Source: Octopus sinensis
Lineage: Eukaryota
Direction of reading: 5' to 3'
DNA length: 64,000 bases
Assembly: GCF_006345805.1 (NCBI RefSeq)
Contig: NC_043017.1
Location: forward strand, 31,372,001 to 31,436,000
In this document: positions 53,590 through 64,000 of the stretch, piece by piece
Numbering within the stretch: position 1 is the stretch's first letter
How the letters are laid out: every line of letters starts with the position of its first letter
Program-made: the position numbers and the translations under genes
The notes under the pieces: generated by a model
Database searches by the model: none
What the model was told of the DNA's origin: nothing
What the model saw: the letters and a program-made list of their open reading frames with translations, nothing else

Positions 53590-53737
53590 ATCTAGAGAAT
53601 CGTTGTATCTCCCCTAGTATATATACGGAAGGGAATATTGGAAATTTGTTGATTAAGGAAAATAATCTTATATTAAAATATATCTTTCCATCACCAACAG
53701 ACAATACCTGTGTCAAATTAATCGGTCAATAAATGAA

Positions 53738-54198
53738 TTACTCTTTACTCTTTTACTTATTTGTCATTTGACTGTGGCCATGCTGGAGCACTGCCTTTAG
53801 TCGAGCAAATCGACCCCCAGGACTTATTCTTTGTAAGCCCAGTACTTATCCTATCGGTCTCTTTTGCCGAACCGCTAAGTTACGGGGACGTAAACACACC
53901 AGCATCGGTTGTCAAGCGATGTTGGGGAGACAAACACAGACACACAAACATATACACCCATATATATATATATATACATACACACACACATATACACACA
54001 CACGCGCGCGCACACACACATACATATATATATACATATATACGACGGGCTTCTTTCAGTTTCTGTCTACCAAATCCAATCACAAGGCTTTGGTCGGCCC
54101 GAGGCTATAGTAGAAGACATTTACCCAAGGTGCCACGCTGTGGGACTGAACCCGGAACCATGTGGTAAGCAAGCTACTACCACACAGCCACTCCTACA
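53738..54198 (-). mobile_element. CORE-type SINE
   Basis: Family match. Confidence 0.9.
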
Positions 54199-54419
54199 CC
54201 TCAATTAGTCTCAAATTTTAATACAAGGTCAGCAGACTTAGGCGCTGGAGCAAATCGATTCCATCAACTCTATGTTCATCTGGTACCTGTTTTATCGACC
54301 CCACGAGGGATAACAGGTGAAGTTGACCACGGTAGAATTTGAAATCAGAACGTAAACCCGGAAGAAATGTTGCTTTGGATTTCGGACCTTGTGCCTAGAG
54401 TACAAAAGAATATTTTAAA

Positions 54420-54830
54420 GCTGTGAGCTGGTAGAATGGTTAGCACGCTGGGCGAAATGCTTAGCAGTATTTCGTCTGCCGCTACGTTCTGAGTTCAAAT
54501 TCCGCCGAGGTCAATTTTACCTTTCATCCTTTCGGGATCGATAAATTAAGTACCAGTTACGCACTGGGATTGATATAATCGACTTAATCCCTTTGTCTTT
54601 CTTGGTTTGTCCCCTCTGTGTTTAGCCCCTTGTGGGTAGTAAAGAAATCGGTATTTCGTCTGTCTTTACATTCTGAGTTCGAATTCTGCTGAAGTCGACT
54701 TTGCCTTTCATCTTTCGGGTATGATAAATTCAGTACCAGCTGCATAAAGGCTTCGATCTACTCGACTGGCCCTCTCCCCCAACATTTCAGGCTTTGTGCC
54801 TAGAGTAGAAAAGAATATCACTAAGCTGAT
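54420..54830 (+). mobile_element. Second SINE family copy with partial tandem body
   Basis: gagctggtagaatggttagcacgctgggcg...gttcaaattccgccgagg. Confidence 0.8.
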
Positions 54831-55530
54831 CAGGTCAGAACCCCGCCACATCTTCATATAGCAGTGCGGATCAAATTTAAGTATGTTCTTCATTTTTTAA
54901 GTCTATTTTTTAATCCGAAGTCATAAAATACAAGAGAAACGTGTAAATTGTTGCAGTTGTGGTTTTGCTTCGCCTTCACCTTGCATTGTAGTGTGCGCTT
55001 ATACACGCATACGCATATGGATATACTCTTAATTATGTATATGCGTACATCTAGGTACAAATGCATGCATACATAATTATACTCATAATAGCATGTATAA
55101 TTGTATATATACTCACACACGTACACTATATGTGTGTATGTGTGTGTACATGTGTGTAAATATACGCATCTCATTCTCTCTCTCTCTCTTTTTCACCTTC
55201 TCTCTGTCTTTCTCTCTGTCTCTCTTTCTCTCTTTTTCTCCTTCTTTCTTTTTCTCTCTCCCTCTCTCTATATGTGTGTGTATACATATGTGTGTGTACA
55301 TGTACGTGTGTGTACGTGTGTGTAAATATATGCATCTCATTCTCTCTCTCTCTTTTTCCCCTTCTCTCTTTCTCTATCACTCTTTCTCCCTGTCTCTCTT
55401 TCCCTCTCTCTTCTCTCTTTTTCACCTTCTTTCTTCTCTCTCTCTCTCTATATATATGTGTGTGTATACGTATGTGTGTGTACATGTGTGTAAATATATT
55501 TCAATCTCTCTCTCTTTCACCTTCTTTCTT

Positions 55531-55565
<35 letters not shown>

Positions 55566-55869
55566 CTATGTGTATGTGTGTACGTGTGTGTAAATAAATG
55601 CATCTTGTTCAATCTGTCTCTTTCTCTCTCCCTCTATTTTACTCTCTCTCCCCCTCTCTGTGGTTTTGTGTGTATATATATATGTGTATGTGTATGTGTG
55701 TGTGCGCGTGTGTGTGTGCGTATGTAAGTGTGTATGTGTATGTGTGTGTGTATGTGTATGAGTGTGTGTGTGTGAGAGAGTGTGTGTGAGAGTGTGTGTG
55801 TGTATGTGTATGTGTATGTGTGAGTGTGTGTGTGCGTGTGTGTGTGTATGAGTGTGTGTGCGTGCGCGC

Positions 55870-55901
<32 letters not shown>

Positions 55902-56439
55902 GTGTGAGTGTATGTGTGTGTATATATATATGTGTGTGTGTGCGTGTGTGTGTATGCGCCTGATGCACACCACATGAGAGTTTTCGGTCGATACTTTCCG
56001 AAGACACAGCCCACACCATATATTCAAGTTTAACATTCATGAAGCATGTAATTGAAACTAAATTATTCTAATTGGTAGACATGCTAATCATGAGCAAAAT
56101 TTATTATCATGAGAATTTAAGCTTTCTCCTTCCAACACCTCCCACCATCCACTCTCTCCTCCTCCTCCTCCTTCCCACCCTTCCTCTGTCTCTCTATTTG
56201 TCCGTCTGTCTCTCTCTCCCCTCTCTCTCTCTCCCTCTCTCTATCTCTCCCTCTCTATCTGACGCTATCCTAATTTGCATATGATAATGATTCCGTGGCA
56301 CCAGTAAATATTTGCGTATATGTTTCTCTGTTTCTCTGTATGGAGCAATGCATAACTTAAACGTGGCCTTGGTCTTGTCTCTCTCTCTTTTTTTTCTCTC
56401 TCTCTCTCTAAGAGCGTCTTTCGCATCTCCCTATGACAT

Positions 56440-57215
56440 ATCTACACACACTAGTCTCTCTCTGTCTCTCTGCCTCTTCGTCTCTTCATCTCTCTACCTC
56501 TCTGTCTCTTCGTCTCTCTGTTTCTCTGTCTCTCTGCCTCTTTGTCTCTCTGCTTCTTTGTCTCTCTGTCTCTTTGTCTCTTCGTCTCTCTGTCTCTCTG
56601 TCTCTCTGCCTCTTCGTCTCTCTGTCTCTCTGTCTCTCTGCCTCTTCGTCTCTCTGTCTCTCTACCTCTTTGTCTCTCTGTCTCTCTGCCACTGTCTCTC
56701 TGTCTCTCTGTCTCTCTGTCTCTCTGCCTCTTTGTCTCTCTACTTCTTTGCCTCTTCGTCTCTCTGTCTCTCTGTCTCTCTGCCTCTTTGTCTCTTCGTC
56801 TCTCTCTCTCTCTCTCTCTCTGCCTCTTTGTCTCTTCGTCTCTCTGCCTCTTTGTCTCTTCATCTCTCTGTCTCTCTGCCTCTCTGTCTCTCTGTCTCTT
56901 CGTCTCTCTGTCTCTCTGTCTCTCTGCCTCTTTGTCTCTTCGTCTCTCTGCCTCTCTGTTTCTCTGTCTCTTCGTCTCTCTGTCTCTCTGTCTCTCTGCC
57001 TCTTCATCTCTCTGCCTCTCTGCCTCTCTGTCTCTCTGCCTCTTTGTCTCTTCGTCTCTCTGTCTCTCTTCCTCTTTGTCTCTTCGTCTCTCTGCCTCTC
57101 TGTCTCTCTGCCTCTTTGTCTCTTCGTCTCTCTGTCTCTCTGCCTCTTTGTCTCTTCGTCTCTCTGCCTCTCTGTCTCTCTGCCTCTTTGTCTCTTCGTC
57201 TTTCCGCCTCTCTCT
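56440..57215. repeat. CT-rich minisatellite (ctctgtctctctgcctctttgtctcttcgt variants)
   Basis: Direct reading; explains the SLCL / RDRE ORFs. Confidence 0.9.
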
Positions 57216-57249
57216 TTCATTCTGTTTCTTAATGATCAACGATACTGCT

Positions 57250-57850
57250 TCTATATGTCTCTATGTATGAATGTATGTACGTACGTATGCATTCATGCCT
57301 GTATGTATGTACGCACGAACGAATGTATATGTATGCATGCATTGCATGTGTTTATGTATGTATACATGTATATATGTACAGACGTACTTACGAATATATG
57401 TACATATGTCTGTACATACGCATGTATGTATATATGTATGTATGTATGTATGTATGTACGTATGTATGTATGTATGTATGTATGTATGTATGTATGTATG
57501 TATGTATGCATGTATGTATGTATGTATGTATGTATGTATGTATGTATGTATATATGTATATAAAAAATACAATATGGGACAAGAACGCAAAACATCTAGA
57601 TAGACGATACAAAAAAAACAAGGACGGGTCACTTGGAGTTTACTTTCTCCAGTCGAGTTCCAGATTATCCTTGCAATTTCGGCTGGTTGTACTCGAGATT
57701 GCTCCCATCTGGCCAGCCCCAAGGAAAAACTAAGCTAAGCTATGAATGTATGCATGTATGTATGTATGTATGTATGTATGTATGTATGTATGTATGTATG
57801 TATGTATGTATATCTGTATGTATGAATGTATGTATGTATGTATGTATACA
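57250..57850. repeat. (TATG)n arrays flanking a ~170-bp dispersed repeat
   Basis: Direct reading. Confidence 0.85.
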
Positions 57851-58226
57851 GTGTTGCAATTTAGCCCCAGTTCAGCCGTGACCACCTCATCTATTTCCTT
57901 TAGTCCCATTATCAAATGAGTGGCTTTTACCTAAGAACGAAAAATGTAGCAGCAGGGACATTTGGCTACTAGTTCTAGCAGGTCAAGCAATTGTATCTTT
58001 TCTCTTTAACTTGATGCCTATAAGTATGCAGTGAGCATGCGAACACGAGTTGGAGGAAAGAGACAAATGCCTCTCTCATGTACATATTACTAAACTACCC
58101 CCTCCTCTCGCTATCTCAATCATTATCCTTCCTTTCTGTCTGTCTCTCTGTCTCTCTCTCTTTCTTTCTCTCTCTCTCTCTCATTCTCTCTCTCATCTCT
58201 CCTTCTCTCTCATCTCTCATCTTTCA

Positions 58227-58264
<38 letters not shown>

Positions 58265-59261
58265 CGCCCATTTTTCTAAAAACTGCCATAATAGACTTCC
58301 TAATTTGCACACTGCAGTAGTTTAGAGTTATATATTTCAAATAAAGAACAGCCAATTCTCCAGAGTTCAGGATATTTGATGGTTTTCATGGGAGAGCCAA
58401 AAATTTACAAATTGCTGATTATACATATAAGTGGCGCGAAGGGTGTTACAATGTACATAACAATTTATTCAAATAAACTTTGCAAAATGGCTTGGTCAAG
58501 AATAGACAAAACTCTTCTGCATGGAAGTTCAATCTACAAGTATAATTTTAGAGATTAAAATTTAATGAGTGTTGGGAATTTCAGTGAAATATTGGCTTAT
58601 AAATTCTGTGATAAATTATAACGATGACAAGGAGTTGAATTGCATTATTTATATATGGAAAAATTATTGTCTTTTGCAGTAAACCTGCCAAACCCATGCT
58701 GCTATGAATACAAAGAATGTTCAACCATATTCTATTGAGGTGATAAGAAGCAAGTTCAATTTCATTATATATCTAGAGAAATTACGCTCTGTAGCGATGT
58801 AGGAATATGGAGCTCATGCTGATATGGAGCTAAAGGAATTTGGGAAAACAACACCTATGAGAGTGGAGGAAGATGATGATGGAGAAAGTGGAAGATAAAT
58901 GAGAATTTGATATAATTAAATCATATACAGGGTAAATGAGAGTTTGGGTTATGGTTTCATGTGAGTTTATTCTGCTAATGGTTTTAATGATAAAAACGTT
59001 GCCATGCTGGGGCAACATGTTCATGGATTTTAGTTGATTGTGTTAATTTCAGCAATTATTTCAATCAGCTACTTTATCAATCCCCATTTGTTGAATAGTG
59101 AAGTTACCTTTCGACAGAGAGTGGGGGTGACGCAAATACACACAGAGGCACACCATTCCACATGCCTATATATATATATATATATATATTGATACATATA
59201 AACATACATGCAAACATATACGTACATATGTAAGAATACACATGCACACATATATATTTAT

Positions 59262-59304
<43 letters not shown>

Positions 59305-59305
59305 A

Positions 59306-59366
<61 letters not shown>

Positions 59367-59639
59367 GAGATAGATAGTGATAGATAGATAGATATAATAT
59401 ACACATACACTCACACACACAAATACATAGCAAAAATAATAGCAACCTCATTATAGGATTGTAGTTAATTATTCTACCACTCAAAAGCAATATTCACCTA
59501 TTAATCTTCTCATAACCTGAATTTCCATCACAAAACAACCCCAATGAACATAACCCATGACAAACCATCACTAACGTAACCCTCCCTTTCAACCTACAAT
59601 AAACTCCCTAATTAATCCTGGTAACGTAACTCCTATAAC

Positions 59640-60115
59640 ATACATGCAGACACACACTCACACACACATTCACACACACATTCACACACACATGCACACA
59701 CACATACACATACACACACACATTCACACACACATGCACACACACATGCACACACACATGCACGCACGCATGCACACACACACACATTCACACACACATG
59801 CACACACACATTCACACACACATGCACACACACATGCACACACACACACGCACACACATACACACACAAAACACACACATGCATGCACATGCAAAACACA
59901 CACACGCACACACACACAAAACACACACGCACGCACGCACACACACACATGCACACACACATACACACAAAACAGACACACACACGTGCTTGCACACACA
60001 AAACACGCTCCTGCATGCACACACACATGCACACACACACACACACGCATAAAACACACACACACATGCATGCACACACAAACCACACACATACACACGC
60101 ACACACACACACAAG
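59640..60115. repeat. (CA)n-type compound microsatellite
   Basis: Direct reading. Confidence 0.95.
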
Positions 60116-61019
60116 ATGCATAAAAAAAAACAACTCCCTCTTTCTCATACACTCTGTATTGAATGTAATAAACTGGTGAGAAGAAGATCTCACAATGTTT
60201 CGGTTGCATACATAGATACACTTACATTAGTATCCATTCAAAAATTGTCTTCGTAATTGCTTCAATTGCTAGAGACAGACACACATGCTGTATAACACGC
60301 TTCCACATGCTTCTCACCCTGTAATGATATTGAGCTCTGGGTAGATATTTTACTTCTTGGATGTTATGTTTATTTCATTGAGAAGCATTTAATAACAGTA
60401 ATAGCAATGATTGCTGCATTTAACAGTTATCAAAGCATGTGTAGCTTGCTTCAATATGTAAAGGTCAACTTAGAGAAAAGTTTTGAAAATTCCTTCAGGT
60501 CTCAAAGTCATCTTGTTTTTTTTTTGGTTTTTGCTTGTTTTTAGAAACCAAGTAGGAAAAATTACATTATGATTGACTGAACAGCTAAAATATTCAATAT
60601 AAAAATGTTCCTAGGCATTATAGGAAATGGTTTGAGACAAAAGAGAGCAAATTAGTGTATCTAATATCTAATTTCATTTTATATGAAAAATTGTAAAATT
60701 TTGTTATTTCATTTCCAATCAAGAAATAATAACCATAATTAGTAAAACACCAAAAAACGGTTTCTTCTCAGACTATATTTGTAAGGGAAGCATTAAGATA
60801 GACAATAGGACTAATGGTAGTGTAAGTGTTGTAATTATTTTGTTGTCTACCATAGCCTTCAGTTGATGTGGGCCTTGAAATTAGATGCCGATATATCCTT
60901 GTGATTAAGAACTTTTATTCTGTGAAGATGTAATTTTTGGTTTTATAGTCAGGTCAGGGATCCCATCACAGGCCGTTGAGATCGATCTACAACTGGTACA
61001 GTGTAAATGAGAACTATGA

Positions 61020-61272
61020 GTCCCATGGTGAAGTGGTAAGGCAGCGAACTGGCAGAAACGGGTTAGCACGCCGTGCAAAATGCTTTGTGGTATTTCGTCC
61101 GCCGCTGTGTTCTGAGTTCAAATTCCGCCGAGGTCGACTTTGCTTTTCATCCTTTCGGGGTCGATAAATAAAGTACCAGTTACACACTGGGGTCGATGTA
61201 ATCGACTTAATCCATTTATCTGTCCTTGTTTGTCCCCTCTATGTTTAGCCCCTTGCGGGCAATAAAGGAATA
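61020..61272 (+). mobile_element. Second SINE family copy
   Basis: ggcagcgaactggcagaaacgggttagcacg...gttcaaattccgccgaggtcgac. Confidence 0.8.
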
Positions 61273-62766
61273 AGAAGTGCTTGGCGACTGAACTGGCTCC
61301 CCTACTTGCAAAGACTGCTACCCATGTGAGCAGGGGTGTCTTGACACCAAGCAGGACTAAAAGCAGAACCTGTTATAGAGGAGATGAGCTCCTTGTGGAC
61401 CAGTGGCCACCGAGATGGGAAAGGCAATGTTAAACCACCTCAATATCTCTGCAAAGAAAACACTATGAGAAATTCGGAAAGAAATAATGCTATGGCTTCG
61501 TCCCGTCCAGCTGGGGAACTCATACGCTATAGAAACCAGGAAACTGGGCCCATGAGACTGACTAGGCTTTAAAAGCGCACATTTATTATTTTTTTTTTTT
61601 GTGTTCAATAGGACAACTTGTGTTTAATTGTGAAGACTTTCATTGTAGTGTCATCAACATGAGGCACTGAAGCACAAAATAAAAGAAGAATTCTGGGTTC
61701 AATCCCACAGCACAGATCTTGAGCAAGTGTTCCTTTCCATAACCTCATATTAACTTAGGTCTTGTTAGGGAATTTAAGCAGATACTTCTCAGATGATCTG
61801 TAAATATTCTTGGGCTGGCAGAATTTACTCTGTTGTCAGGTTTAATACCACCGCCAAGTATTAGGGTGTCTTTAGTATAATATATACTGTTGCAAGCAAG
61901 CAGATTTCCTCCATCTCCACATTATCACTTCTTTCTGAGCTCAGCAAGATATTTCTGTGTTCTGCTTCTTTGTCTGAACAAATCATTATCAATCCCAGAT
62001 TAATTAACCTCAAAATTAACATTAGGAGGATTTTAGACTGAAACAAGTAAAAGAGTAAAAGAGTAAAAGAGCAATATAGATAAACAAACATTATATTTGA
62101 CAGAGTAAGCTGAATACTAAAGGGTTCAAACCAGTGAAACCCAAATGAGGCGCTACAGCACAGGATTGCAATGAAGGGTGTAGCAAGGTTTTCTGGCAAA
62201 AGTAATGCAATTTTATTTAAAGTAATACAAAACTGCAAACTGGAATTCTGAATACAAAGTCATGATAATTATGTTTCATTTAGTAAGAGAAGAAGTTATT
62301 AATGATTTTCTTCACTTAAAATTATTTATACCCATTACACCACAGAAGAAACATTTTAGCCATCGAAATACTCATAAAAGCCATTGTATGAAATCATTTA
62401 TTTTTTCTGTATTTTTACTTGGCTAAAGTGGCTCTTTTGTAATGTAATTGCTTCAGTTTCTACACATAGCCTCTGGTCAAACCATTTGCTACACAAGTAC
62501 GACTTCCAAATAGTTTATATTTACAGAGTGAAATGCGTAAAAACACTGTAGTTTTTCTACATTTTTTTTTTCAATTTTTTTCATGCATATAATGTTTTTT
62601 TTTTATTTTTATCCACTCTAAAGTGCACCATGTGTGAGAGACATTTAGAAATCATTGAGTTTTAGTGTTTATTGAGTCAGGTTCATACACACTGACAAAA
62701 TATTTTTCCGTTTTGGGAAAATTTCTTTCTGGTAAAGTGCTGGATTTGGGATAAAACAGCTCTCTC

Positions 62767-63162
62767 TTTTACTCTTTTACTTGTTTCAGTCATTTGACTG
62801 CGGCCATGCTGGAGCACCACCTTTAATCGAGCAAATTGACCCCGGTACTTATTCTTTTTTGTAAGCCCAGTACTTATTCTATCGGTCTCTTTTGCCGAAC
62901 CGCTAAGTAACAGGGACATAAACACACCAGCATCGATTGTCAAGCAATGCTAGGGGGACAAACACAGACACACACATATATATATATATACATATATACG
63001 ACGGGCTTCTTTCAGTTTCCGCCTACCAAATCCACTCACAAGGCTTTGGTCAGCCCGAGGATATAGTAGAAGACACTTGCCCAGGGTGCCACGCAGTGGG
63101 ACTGAACCCGGAACCAAGTGGTTGGTAAACAAGCTACTTACCACACAGCCACTCCTGTGCCT
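62767..63162 (-). mobile_element. CORE-type SINE
   Basis: Family match. Confidence 0.9.
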
Positions 63163-63334
63163 TATCTGTACTTGTTGTCTTGTTCCCTTTTTTGTTGCCA
63201 GACACCTGAGCTGCTGATCGCGTGGCCCCTTTGCGAGTGAAAGCCCAAAACATTGCATCAACATATTACAGCTTCGCATTTACAGTTAGAAATATACTCA
63301 AATCCAGGGAGCAGCTTCCGTTCTCTCCGAGCCT

Positions 63335-63844
63335 TTACTCTTTCTCTCTCTCTCCCACTCGCTTTCTCTCTCTCTCTATCTCTCTCTCCCTCTCTCTTTC
63401 GCTCTCTCTCTATCTCTCTCTCCCTCTCTCTTTCGCTCTCTCTCTATCTATCTCTCCCTCTCTCTTTCTCTCTCTCTATCTCTCTCTCCCTCTCTCTTTC
63501 GCTCTCTCTCTATCTCTCTCTCCCTCTCTCTTTCTCTCTCTCTCTATCTCTCTCTCCCTCTCTCTTTCGCTCTCTCTCTAACTCTCTCTCTATCTCTCTC
63601 TCCCTCTCTCTTTCTCTCTCTCTCTATCTATCTCTCCCTCTCTCTTTCGCTCTCTCTCTATCTCTCTCCCTCTCTCTTTCGCTCTCTCTCTATCTCTCTC
63701 TCCCTCTCTCTTTCTCTCTCTCTCTATCTCTCTCTCCCTCTCTCTTTCGCTCTCTCTCTATCTATCTCTCCCTCTCTCTTTCGCTCTCTCACTATCTATC
63801 TCTCCCTCTCTCTTTCGCTCTCTCTCTATCTCTATCTCTATCTA

Positions 63845-63906
<62 letters not shown>
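63335..63906. repeat. CT-rich minisatellite (~30-34 bp units)
   Basis: ctctctctatctctctccctctctctttcg variants. Confidence 0.9.
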
Positions 63907-64000
63907 AGTCCCTCGTTTCCGGCAGAAACAAAGTTCTCAATCAAAACAATTATGGGAGGTCAGACTGGTTGTTTGATCTGCAATAAACAGCAGCCAAATC

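Noticed and set aside
58680-58740. 60-nt exon between ttttgcag and GTGATA
   Set aside because: Stop codons in all three frames and a weak donor.

Overview
AT-rich, microsatellite-dense eukaryotic intronic or intergenic DNA. The repeat families (CORE-type tRNA SINEs with an internal (TA)n, RTE and CR1-clade LINEs, mariner) best fit an octopus genome, which is an inference. I found no host protein-coding gene I can support; almost all ORFs in the track are microsatellite or SINE artefacts. Identifiable elements: a long 5'-truncated RTE LINE with a 458-bp snap-back inverted duplication (16.2-20.2 kb), a near-complete CR1-clade LINE inside (TA)n (33.9-36.8 kb), a mariner with an internal templated inversion (24.2-25.4 kb), Penelope-like (RT/GIY-YIG) remnants, piggyBac-, hAT- and Merlin-like MITEs with target-site duplications, and more than 30 SINE copies. 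The main hidden signal is a set of type I hammerhead ribozyme (HHR) motifs in several unrelated, non-coding elements embedded in (TA)n. Two of them have a retrozyme or non-autonomous Penelope architecture: a 5' inverted segment followed by a partial tandem of a 510-531 nt monomer carrying one HHR. The best case is 40.5-41.6 kb, with two intact HHRs exactly 531 nt apart, which predicts a self-cleaving and possibly circular RNA. All folds were read by eye and not computed.
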